The position numbers and the translations under genes were made by a program. DNA of 32,000 bases from Kineococcus radiotolerans SRS30216 = ATCC BAA-149 (GTDB lineage: Bacteria > Actinomycetota > Actinomycetes > Actinomycetales > Kineococcaceae), in assembly GCF_000017305.1 (NCBI RefSeq), contig NC_009664.2, positions 1,740,001 through 1,772,000 of the forward strand, read 5' to 3'. Of this stretch, positions 20,365 to 27,706 are shown piece by piece. Each line of letters begins with the position of its first letter. Position 1 is the stretch's first letter. Below the pieces are notes generated by a model. It was given only the letters and a program-made list of their open reading frames with translations. It made no database searches and was not told where the DNA came from.

Positions 20365-20552
20365 TCGTCCTCCGCTCCGTCGCCCGGGTGGTCGTGGGGG
20401 CGGGGCCTCGCGGCCGCCGCGGGGGCGACCCGGGTTCGTCCGTTCCCGCCCGTCTGCGCGACACTAGCGCGCACCCCCGGCGGAGCAGACCCGCCCGCCG
20501 GGCGAGAGCAGACGGGGACGCACGACGCGCGCACCCCGACGAGAGGAGCCAC

Positions 20553-21074
20553 GTGAGCACCCCAGTCGTCTTCGACGCGACCATCGAGATCCCGAAGGGT
20601 CAGCGCAACAAGTACGAGGTCGACCACGAGACCGGGCGCATCCGCCTGGACCGCATGCTGTTCACCTCGACGCGCTACCCGCACGACTACGGGTTCATCG
20701 AGGGCACGCTGGGCGAGGACGGGGACCCGCTGGACGTCCTCGTCATCCTCGAGGAGCCGACGTTCCCCGGCTGCCTGATCAGCTGCCGCGCGATCGGCAT
20801 GTTCCACATGCGCGACGAGGCCGGTGGCGACGACAAGGTCCTCGCCGTGCCCGCGGGCGACCCGCGCTGGGAGAAGATCCAGGACCTCGGCGACATCAGC
20901 GAGTTCGACCGCCTGGAGATCCAGCACTTCTTCGAGACCTACAAGGACCTCGAGCCCGGCAAGAGCGTCGAGGGCGCGAACTGGTCCGGTCGCGCGGAGG
21001 CCGAGAAGGAGATCGCGGCGTCCTACGAGCGCGCCGCGGGCACGTCCTACGAGGCCGGCGCCGGCCACCACTGA
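20553..21074 (+). CDS. ppa: Inorganic pyrophosphatase (family I)
   Basis: GTG follows GAGAGGAG. The protein is 173 aa with [33 protein letters not shown] and DDKVLAVP. Confidence 0.95.
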   Translation: MSTPVVFDATIEIPKGQRNKYEVDHETGRIRLDRMLFTSTRYPHDYGFIEGTLGEDGDPLDVLVILEEPTFPGCLISCRAIGMFHMRDEAGGDDKVLAVPAGDPRWEKIQDLGDISEFDRLEIQHFFETYKDLEPGKSVEGANWSGRAEAEKEIAASYERAAGTSYEAGAGHH

Positions 21075-21086
21075 GGTGCGCGCGGT

Positions 21087-21121
21087 CGGCGCGCCGGGGT
21101 CCAGCGGGCCCCGGCGCGCCG
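21087..21121 (+). terminator. Strong GC stem-loop immediately after ppa (intrinsic-terminator-like, no U-tract)
   Basis: Perfect 12-bp arms, GGCGCGCCGGGG (21088-21099) and CCCCGGCGCGCC (21109-21120), are extended by a C:G pair at 21087/21121, with a 9-nt loop. It lies 13 nt after the ppa stop. Confidence 0.5.
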
Positions 21122-21249
21122 GCGCGGTCGCGTCCCCGGTCGGACGCCGACGGGGAGGTGGACCGGCCGGGAACGCCTCTGCCGGGGTGGACCGGCCGTT
21201 ACGATCGACCGTCGTCCCGGCGACACCGACCCGCCTACCGAGGAGAACC

Positions 21250-21693
21250 GTGTCCCGACTCATGCAGATCGGCGAGGTCGTCGAACGGGTCGGCTACAGC
21301 TTCCGCACCATCCGGTACTACGACGAGATGGGCCTCATCACCCCCAGCCAGCGCAGCCCCGGCGGGTTCCGGCTCTACACCGAGATGGACGTCTACCGCC
21401 TGCTCGTCCTCAAGCGGATGAAGCCGCTGGACTTCTCCCTCGAGGAGATGCGCGAGCTGCTGCAGGTCCTCGACGCCCTCGACGGCCGCATCCCCTCCGA
21501 GACCCCGCGCGAGGAGCTGTTCGAGAAGCTCGACACCTTCCGCGCCGCCGCCGACGCCCGCGTCGAGAAGCTGCGCGAGCGGCTCATGATGGCCGAGGAG
21601 TTCGCCCAGCGGCTGCGCGACGAGGCCGACGGCCGCACCGACGGCGGCTCCCCCGCCCCCGAGCCCCCCGTCCGCGAGACGCCCGCCCCCTGA
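21250..21693 (+). CDS. MerR family transcriptional regulator
   Basis: The HTH reads MQIGEVVERVGYSFRTIRYYDEMGLITPSQRSPGGFRLYTEMDVYRL, followed by a coiled-coil dimerisation helix. The start is GTG at 21250 (after AGGAGAA) or ATG at 21262. There is no Cys metal-binding triad. Confidence 0.85.
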   Translation: MSRLMQIGEVVERVGYSFRTIRYYDEMGLITPSQRSPGGFRLYTEMDVYRLLVLKRMKPLDFSLEEMRELLQVLDALDGRIPSETPREELFEKLDTFRAAADARVEKLRERLMMAEEFAQRLRDEADGRTDGGSPAPEPPVRETPAP

Positions 21694-21724
21694 CCGGGCG
21701 GGGCGTCCCCGCGGACCGCGGGCC

Positions 21725-22597
21725 TCAGCCCGCGTAGGGCAGCGCCGGCATCCCCTTCACCCCGGGCACGAAGCGGAAGATGCTCCCCGCCGCCGGGTCG
21801 TCGTCGTCGTCGAGCCCTTCGCGGGAGGTCGTGATGAACAGCTCGGAGTAGTCCTCCCCGCCGAAGGTGCACGCGGTGACCTGGCGCGCACCGACCTCGA
21901 CGACGGCGTCCAGCGTCCCGTCCGGGGCGTAGCGGCGCACCGCCGAGCCGCCGAAGAGCGCCGTCCAGACCCCGCCCTCGGCGTCCACGGTCAGGCCGTC
22001 GGGGTTGTTGCGCCCGGACTCGTCGTTGACCTGCGCGAAGGGCCGGCGGTTCGTCAGCCCGCCCTCGCGGCTGTAGTCGAAGACGTCGGTGCGCCCGGTG
22101 GGGGTGTCGTTGTAGTAGGCCAGCGTCCCGTCCGGGCTCCAGCCCAGGCCGTTGGAGATCGTGGCCTCCTCGACGACGACCGACGTCGTGCCGTCGGCGT
22201 CGAGGCGGAAGACCGCCGCGCGCCCGACGCCCTTGCCGTCGGCCTGGTCGTAGGCCATGTTCCCGGCGTAGAAGCGGCCGTCGGGGTCGCAGCCGCCCTC
22301 GTTCATCCGCATCCGGACCCGCGGGCCCCACAGCTCCGGCAGCGGGTTCAGCGTGCCGTCGGCGTCCTCGAGCACGATCCCGCGCTCCACCGCCACGACC
22401 GCTCCCCCGCCGATCCGCGGCCGGGTGATCGCCACCACGTCCCCGTAGTGGCGCCGGCTGGTCGCCCCGGACGCGTCGAGGGTGACGATGTCACCCTCGT
22501 TGAGGTCGACGAACCGCAGCCCTCCCCACGTCGGCGACCAGCACGGCCCCTCGCCGTGCCCCACGAGCCTGTCGGTGATCCGCTCCGCTGCTGCCAC
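21725..22597 (-). CDS. SMP-30/gluconolactonase/LRE-like beta-propeller protein
   Basis: 290 aa with GEGPCWSP...LRFVDL...YAGNM...SNGLGWSPDG...NPDGLTVDAEGGVW, a typical SGL-domain pattern. Confidence 0.85.
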   Translation of the reverse strand: MAAAERITDRLVGHGEGPCWSPTWGGLRFVDLNEGDIVTLDASGATSRRHYGDVVAITRPRIGGGAVVAVERGIVLEDADGTLNPLPELWGPRVRMRMNEGGCDPDGRFYAGNMAYDQADGKGVGRAAVFRLDADGTTSVVVEEATISNGLGWSPDGTLAYYNDTPTGRTDVFDYSREGGLTNRRPFAQVNDESGRNNPDGLTVDAEGGVWTALFGGSAVRRYAPDGTLDAVVEVGARQVTACTFGGEDYSELFITTSREGLDDDDDPAAGSIFRFVPGVKGMPALPYAG

Positions 22598-22632
22598 GAC
22601 GACGACCCTAGTCCGGCGGTTCGCCCACCCGG

Positions 22633-24462
22633 GTGGACACCCCTCCAGTCGGTCCCGGCCGGCGCCGACGACACACCGTGACCGCGACCACCGCCCCGCT
22701 CCTGGCCACCCCCCGGGTGATGGCCGGGACCGCCGGCGCGTTCTACGTCGCGGGCGGGCTGGTGGCGGCGGCGGTCGTCCTGGGCACCGGCCCCGGGTCC
22801 GGACCGGCCCGGGCCGGGCTCGCCGCCCTGGCCGCCGCGGCCCTGCTCACCGGGGTCGCGCTGCTGCGGTGGGGCCGGCACCTGCCCCGCCGCGCCTTCC
22901 ACGGGGTGGTCCTGCTCGGGACGCTGCTCGTCACCGCCGCCGTGCCGCTGTGCCCGACGCCGGCGAGCGCGCTCGCGGTCACCACGGTGTACGCCTTCGT
23001 GGGCATCGACGTCGTGTTCTTCTTCGGCTGGGCCCAGGGGGCGGGGCACCTGGTCGTGCTCCTCGCCGCGGCCGCCTGGGCCCTGCGCGACCGCGAGGGG
23101 GTCACCCCCGGCGTGCTGCTCGCGCTCGCCCTGGTGTGCCTGGTCATCGCCGCGGTCGTGGGGCTGCTCGCGCGGGCCGCCTCGGGCGCCGACCACGACG
23201 GCCTCACCGGGCTGCTGAACCGCCGCGGGTTCGACCAGGCCCTCGACCGGGCCGTCGCCGCCGCGGGCCCGGACGGGTCGCTGGCCGCCGCCCTGGTGGA
23301 CGTGGACCACTTCAAGGCCGTCAACGACGGCGACGGGCAGGGGGCCGGGGACCGGCTGCTGCGGGAGCTGGCCGCGCAGCTGACCACCGCCCTGCCCCGC
23401 GACGCCGTCCTCGCCCGCTACGGCGGCGACGAGTTCGCCGTCCTGCTGCCCGGCCGCTGCGGGCGCGAGGCGCTGGACCTCGTGGAGGGGCTGCGCGCCG
23501 GCACCCGCACGGTCGCGTTCTCGGCCGGGGTGGCGCACCTGTTCCCCGGCGAGTCCGGGGCGGACCTGGTGCGCCGGGCCGACGCGGCGCTGCACGCGGC
23601 GAAGGTCAGCGGGCGCGGGCGGTCCCGCCTCGACGACGTCGGCAGCGCGGAACTGGCCCGCGACCTGTCCGAGGCCCTCGCCGCCGGGGACGTGCGGGCC
23701 TGGTTCCAGCCCATCGTCGTCCCCTCCACCGGTGAGCTCGTCGGGGTGGAGGCGCTGGCCCGCTGGACGCACCCGCTCCGCGGGCCGGTCCCCCCCGCGG
23801 AGTTCGTGCCCGTGGCCGAGACGACGGGGCTGATCGTCGAGATGGGGGCCGCGATCCTCGCCGACGCCTGCCGCGGCGCCCGCACGCTGCGCGAGGCGTG
23901 GGGGCGCGACCTCCTGCTCACCGTCAACGTCTCCGGGCGCGAGCTCGTCCGCGACGGGTTCGCCGAGCACGTCCACGACGTCCTGCGCGCGACGGGCTGG
24001 CCGGCGGACCTGCTGGTCGTGGAGGTCACCGAGAGCCTCCTCGACGGGTCCACCGGCACCGCGCTGCGGGCCCTGGAGGACCTGCGCGCCTTCGGCGTCT
24101 CGGTGGCCATCGACGACTTCGGCACGGGGTACTCCGCCTTCAGCCGCCTCGACACGCTGCCCGCGGACTACCTCAAGCTCGACTCCGGCTTCATCGCCGA
24201 GATCACGACCTCCCCGCGCCGGGCGGGGGTCCTGCAGGCGCTGCTGTCCCTCTCCCACGCCCTGGGCCTGGAGGTCGTCGCCGAGGGCGTGGAGACCCCC
24301 GAGCAGGCCGACCTGCTCACCGGGCTGGGGTGCCCGCTGGCCCAGGGGTGGCTGTTCGGGCGCGCCGTCCCGCCCGGGGAGCTCGCCGCGGCCGGTCCCG
24401 CCGGTGCGGGACCGGCCGGGGACCGCCTCGCCGCGCCCCGGCCCTCCCTCGCCGAGCGCTGA
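22633..24462 (+). CDS. Membrane-associated GGDEF-EAL protein (diguanylate cyclase/phosphodiesterase)
   Basis: The N-terminal ~170 aa carry 5-6 hydrophobic segments. The GGDEF domain has DHDGLTGLLNRRGF and RYGGDEFAVLL. The EAL domain has GVEALARW, NVSGREL, DDFGTGYS, AEGVE and QGW. The start is GTG at 22633 or GTG at 22678. Confidence 0.9.
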   Translation: MDTPPVGPGRRRRHTVTATTAPLLATPRVMAGTAGAFYVAGGLVAAAVVLGTGPGSGPARAGLAALAAAALLTGVALLRWGRHLPRRAFHGVVLLGTLLVTAAVPLCPTPASALAVTTVYAFVGIDVVFFFGWAQGAGHLVVLLAAAAWALRDREGVTPGVLLALALVCLVIAAVVGLLARAASGADHDGLTGLLNRRGFDQALDRAVAAAGPDGSLAAALVDVDHFKAVNDGDGQGAGDRLLRELAAQLTTALPRDAVLARYGGDEFAVLLPGRCGREALDLVEGLRAGTRTVAFSAGVAHLFPGESGADLVRRADAALHAAKVSGRGRSRLDDVGSAELARDLSEALAAGDVRAWFQPIVVPSTGELVGVEALARWTHPLRGPVPPAEFVPVAETTGLIVEMGAAILADACRGARTLREAWGRDLLLTVNVSGRELVRDGFAEHVHDVLRATGWPADLLVVEVTESLLDGSTGTALRALEDLRAFGVSVAIDDFGTGYSAFSRLDTLPADYLKLDSGFIAEITTSPRRAGVLQALLSLSHALGLEVVAEGVETPEQADLLTGLGCPLAQGWLFGRAVPPGELAAAGPAGAGPAGDRLAAPRPSLAER

Positions 24463-24487
24463 CCGGGACCACCGGCCGCCACGGCGG

Positions 24488-25267
24488 TCAGGACAGGCGC
24501 TCGCGCGCCTCCTGGAGCCGTTCGAGGAGGTTGCCCAGGGAGTGCTCGAACTCCTCGCCGAGGTCGGCGACGGCCAGCCGGTCCGCGAGCCGGGTCAGGG
24601 TCGGGAAGTCGCCGAGGTCCGGGGAGGGGGCCGGTGCGGAGGGGGCGCGGGCCCCGGGGTCGACGGCGGCGGTCAGCGGGTCGACGCCGTCGGCGGAGAC
24701 CTCGAGCAGGAGGTGGCCGACGAGGAAGCTGCCGAAGGCGCGGTAGGCGTAGACGGCGGCCTCTTCGCTGAAGCCCCGGTCCAGCAGCGCGGAGAGGAAG
24801 CCCTCGATCCAGCGCAGGCTGCGCAGCGGCGGGCGGATCCAGGACGCGGCGCGGTGGCGGGTGGCGACGAGCGGGAAGATCTGCGGGTGCTCCAGGGCGA
24901 GGCGGCGGACGCCGGCCGCCACCCGGCGCAGGAACTGCTGCCAGTCGTCCTCGGGGCGCAGCAGGACGTCGGGGTCGGCGTAGAGCCGGTCCATCAGCCG
25001 GTCCACCATCGCGTCCAGCAGCTCGTCGCGGCTGTGCACGTAGCGGTAGAGGGCCATCCCCTCCACCTCCAGGGACGCGCCCAGCTTGCGCATGGAGAGC
25101 CCGGCGAGGCCGAAGCGGTCCACGTGGTCGATGGCGGCCTCGAGGACGACGCCCTTGCTCAGGGTCGGCCGGCGACGGGCCGGCTCGCGCCCGCGGGGCG
25201 GGGGCCCGTCCGCGGGCCGCTCCCCGGACTGCTCGCCGTGGTCCAGCGGTCTCGACGATGCCGGCAC
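24488..25267 (-). CDS. TetR/AcrR family transcriptional regulator
   Basis: The HTH reads VLEAAIDHVDRFGLAGLSMRKLGASLEVEGMALYRYVHSRDELL. I chose GTG at 25267, preceded by GGGAGG with a 7-nt spacer. The frame stays open upstream (ATG at 25471, track start at 25660), but those extensions are Arg/Gly/Pro-rich low-complexity sequence, so the start is uncertain. Confidence 0.8.
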   Translation of the reverse strand: MPASSRPLDHGEQSGERPADGPPPRGREPARRRPTLSKGVVLEAAIDHVDRFGLAGLSMRKLGASLEVEGMALYRYVHSRDELLDAMVDRLMDRLYADPDVLLRPEDDWQQFLRRVAAGVRRLALEHPQIFPLVATRHRAASWIRPPLRSLRWIEGFLSALLDRGFSEEAAVYAYRAFGSFLVGHLLLEVSADGVDPLTAAVDPGARAPSAPAPSPDLGDFPTLTRLADRLAVADLGEEFEHSLGNLLERLQEARERLS

Positions 25268-25497
25268 GCCGCCCCCTCCCGCTCCCTGCCCCTCGACCGG
25301 TCCCGACGGTCCCGCGGCCCGGTCCGGCCCCGGCCGCGGACCTCCCGGGCATCCTCGCAGGGGGGCAGCCCGCCCCACCACGCCGCACCGGGCGGGACGC
25401 CCGTGGCGCCGTCGCCGCCCACGCCGGCGCGGCGGTTTCAGGTTGCGGGCACCCGGGGGCGCTGGCTTCATGGACCCCGGCGTTGACACCGTAAACG

Positions 25498-25518
25498 CGC
25501 GGGCGGTGACCGCCCGCG
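25498..25518. promoter_or_regulatory. Perfect 21-bp palindrome in the TetR / PRC-barrel divergent region (candidate operator)
   Basis: The sequence is CGCGGGCGG-TGA-CCGCCCGCG, with 9-bp perfect arms. It lies 10 nt downstream of a TTGACA hexamer (25483-25488) and 69 nt upstream of the GTG at 25587. Its role is inference. Confidence 0.3.
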
Positions 25519-25586
25519 ACGCGTCCCCCGCCGGCGCCGCACCACCCCCGCGCCCGCCGCGGGAACCCCCCACGAGAGGAACCACC

Positions 25587-26438
25587 GTGACCCACCACCT
25601 CACCCCCGAGACCCTGTTCGGCACCGTCGTCGTCGGCCCCGACGGCGACCGGATCGGCAAGGTCGACGAGGTCTACCTGGACAACGCCACCGGCCGCCCC
25701 GAGTGGGTGTCGGTGAAGACGGGCCTCTTCGGCAGCCACGTCTCCCTCGTCCCGCTGGCCGAGGCCAGCGTGTCCGGCGACACCGTCACCGTGCCCTTCG
25801 ACAAGTCCCTGGTGAAGGAAGCCCCCCACCACGACCCGGGCGTGGAGCTCAGCGCGACCGACGAAGCGGACCTGTACCGCTACTACGGCACCGCCGGGAC
25901 CACGACCACCACCGCGGGCACCACCACGACCACCACCGCGGGCACCACCGGCACCACCGGGACGGGCACCGGCACGGACCTCCGCGCCGGGACCACCGGG
26001 GGCGACGTGCGCGCGGCGGGCCACGACACCTCCGGCCCCGACACCGACGACGCGATGACGCGCTCGCGCGAGGAGCTGCGCGTGGGCACCGAGGTCCGCG
26101 AGGCGGGCCGCGCCCGGCTGCGCAAGTACGTCACCAGCGAGGCCGTCAGCCGCACCGTCACGGTCTCCCGCGACGAGCTCGTGGTCACCCGCGAACCGAT
26201 CACCGACGCCAACCGCGCCGCCGCCCTCTCCGGTGGGGACCTCACCGAGGAGGAGCACGAGATCGTGCTGACCGAGGAGCGCGCCGTCGCCGCCAAGGAG
26301 ACCGTGCCCGTGGAGCGCGTGCGCCTGGGCACCCGGACCGTCGCGGGGACCGAGACCGTCTCCGCGGAGCTCCGCGAGGAGCACATCGAGTTCGACGCCG
26401 ACGCCGGGGTCCGGGTCGAGGACCGCGACCGCGCCTGA
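25587..26438 (+). CDS. PRC-barrel + DUF2382 (YsnF/AvaK-like) two-domain stress-associated protein
   Basis: GTG follows GAGAGGAA. The N-terminal PRC-barrel reads VVGPDGDRIGKVDEVYLDNATGRPEWVSVKTGLFGSHVSLVPL. A Thr/Gly-rich linker follows. The C-terminal DUF2382 pattern reads MTRSREELRVGTEVREAGRARLRKYV...EEHEIVLTEERAVAAKETVPVERVRLG. Confidence 0.85.
   Translation: MTHHLTPETLFGTVVVGPDGDRIGKVDEVYLDNATGRPEWVSVKTGLFGSHVSLVPLAEASVSGDTVTVPFDKSLVKEAPHHDPGVELSATDEADLYRYYGTAGTTTTTAGTTTTTTAGTTGTTGTGTGTDLRAGTTGGDVRAAGHDTSGPDTDDAMTRSREELRVGTEVREAGRARLRKYVTSEAVSRTVTVSRDELVVTREPITDANRAAALSGGDLTEEEHEIVLTEERAVAAKETVPVERVRLGTRTVAGTETVSAELREEHIEFDADAGVRVEDRDRA
25901..25948. repeat. Perfect 24-bp x2 tandem duplication inside the Thr/Gly linker coding region
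   Basis: CACGACCACCACCGCGGGCACCAC occurs at 25901-25924 and again at 25925-25948. It is in frame and encodes TTTTAGTT twice. Confidence 0.9.
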
Positions 26439-26492
26439 CCCGCCGCCCCACCCCGCCCGACCCCCCGACCCCCCGACCCCAGGAGCAGCCCC

Positions 26493-27239
26493 GTGAGCAC
26501 CCCCACCGGCGACGGCGCGCACGCCGCCCGCCGCGACACCCCGGCCGGCCCGCAGCCCGGCACCACCACCGGCGACGACACCCCCAGCCTCGTCCACCAC
26601 TCCGGACCGGACCGCCGCCGCGCCCGCGAGGCCGCCCGCGAGGAGCGCCCCCAGCCCGCGCTGGACCGCAGGTCCGTGGTGGAGCGGGAGAAGAACGCCC
26701 ACGGCGGCGTCAAGGTCGGCTCGGCGTTCTTCGGCTGGCTCACCGCCACCGGCACCGCCGTCCTGCTGACCGCGCTGCTCGCCGCCACCGGCACCGCCGT
26801 CGGGCTGGCCAGCAGCGACAGCCTCGACCGGGCGATCTCGGGCGCGCGGGACAGCGCCGAGCGCAACGCCGGCGCGATCGGGGTCGCGGGCACCGTCGCC
26901 CTGCTCGTCGTCCTGCTCGTCTCCTACTTCTGCGGCGGCTACGTCGCCGGGCGGATGGCCCGGTTCAACGGGGTCAAGCAGGGTGTCGCGGTGTGGGTGT
27001 GGGCCGTCGTCATCGCCGTCGTCGTCGCCGTCCTCGCCGCGGTCGCGGGGAACCAGTTCGACGTCCTGGGCCGGCTGAACGCCTTCCCCCGCATCCCGGT
27101 GGACTCCGGTTCGCTGACCTCCGGGTCGATCCTCGCCGTCGTGGCCTCCGCGGTCGTCGCCCTGGTCGGCGCGATCCTCGGCGGCCTGGCCGGGATGCGC
27201 TTCCACCGCAAGGTCGACCGCGCCGGCCTCGGCCGCTGA
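26493..27239 (+). CDS. Hypothetical integral membrane protein (disordered N-terminus, ~4 TM)
   Basis: GTG follows AGGAG with a 7-nt spacer, 54 nt after the PRC/DUF2382 gene, so it is probably co-transcribed. The first ~75 aa are polar and disordered. Hydrophobic segments follow: VGSAFFGWLTATGTAVLLTALLAA, IGVAGTVALLVVLLVSYFCGGYV, GVAVWVWAVVIAVVVAVLAAVA, ILAVVASAVVALVGAILGGLAG. I recognise no family. Confidence 0.65.
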   Translation: MSTPTGDGAHAARRDTPAGPQPGTTTGDDTPSLVHHSGPDRRRAREAAREERPQPALDRRSVVEREKNAHGGVKVGSAFFGWLTATGTAVLLTALLAATGTAVGLASSDSLDRAISGARDSAERNAGAIGVAGTVALLVVLLVSYFCGGYVAGRMARFNGVKQGVAVWVWAVVIAVVVAVLAAVAGNQFDVLGRLNAFPRIPVDSGSLTSGSILAVVASAVVALVGAILGGLAGMRFHRKVDRAGLGR

Positions 27240-27246
27240 CCCCGCC

Positions 27247-27287
27247 GCACGGCCCGGGGCCCGGTCCGCCGGACCCCCGGGCCGTGC
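27247..27287 (+). terminator. Very stable stem-loop 8 nt after the membrane-protein gene
   Basis: Perfect 13-bp arms, GCACGGCCCGGGG (27247-27259) and CCCCGGGCCGTGC (27275-27287). An inner CCGG/CCGG pairing closes a TCCG tetraloop. There is no U-tract. Confidence 0.55.
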
Positions 27288-27454
27288 CCGTAACCCACCA
27301 CCGGAACCCGTCTCGGAACCGCCGAGGCGGGTTCCGCGCGTCGGGGGCGGGACCGTCCCCACCGCCCGCGCCCGGAGGTCCGGGCGACCTCGTCCGCGGC
27401 GCCCGACGAGTCGCCGGGCGGGAACCGGGGGACCACACTGGAGAGGTGAACCCG

Positions 27455-27655
27455 GTGGTGGTGTCCGTCGTCGTGGCCGGGGCCGCCGTGCTCGGGGGCG
27501 TGGCGACGGTGGTGCACGCCCTCTCCCCCACACGCCGGCTCGCGGAGTTCCACGACGCCCGGCACCACCGGGTGCCCCGGCCCCCCGCCGGGGGCGGGAC
27601 GCCGCGGGAGATCGACCTGCGCGGGGCCCGCGAGACCTCCCGCGGGGGCGACTGA
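27455..27655 (+). CDS. Hypothetical 66-aa single-TM protein
   Basis: GGAGAGG (27440-27446) lies 8 nt before the GTG at 27455. Translation is VVVSVVVAGAAVLGGVATVVHALSPTRRLAEFHDARHHRVPRPPAGGGTPREIDLRGARETSRGGD*. Third codon positions are almost all G/C. This is the terminal part of an otherwise spurious 650-aa track ORF. I recognise no homology. Confidence 0.3.
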   Translation: MVVSVVVAGAAVLGGVATVVHALSPTRRLAEFHDARHHRVPRPPAGGGTPREIDLRGARETSRGGD

Positions 27656-27657
27656 CC

Positions 27658-27697
27658 CCGGCGCGGGAACCGGCGCGCGGGAACCGGGGCGCGAGAA
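27658..27697. repeat. Three imperfect tandem copies of a 12-14 nt unit in a convergent intergenic gap
   Basis: The units are CCGGCGCGGGAA, CCGGCGCGCGGGAA and CCGGGGCGCGAGAA, read directly. They are followed by the small dyad GAACC-CGCC-GGTTC (27695-27708). Confidence 0.6.
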
Positions 27698-27706
27698 CCC
27701 GCCGGT

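Noticed and set aside
25268-25660. Long N-terminal extension of the TetR regulator (starts at 25471 or 25660)
   Set aside because: The extension is Arg/Gly/Pro low-complexity with no RBS, whereas the GTG at 25267 has GGGAGG-N7. It would also consume the whole divergent promoter region. I cannot exclude it completely without N-terminal data.
25887-25977. ACC/GGC-rich repeat tract considered as a microsatellite or CRISPR-like array
   Set aside because: It lies in frame inside a well-supported CDS and encodes a Thr/Gly linker. It has no spacer-repeat organisation and no cas genes. Only the 24-bp duplication is kept, as a coding repeat.
26939-27568. Minus-strand ORFs of 209 aa and 173 aa in the structured spacer region
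   Set aside because: They are antisense to the membrane-protein gene for half their length, have Arg/Pro/Gly low-complexity translations, and have no RBS.
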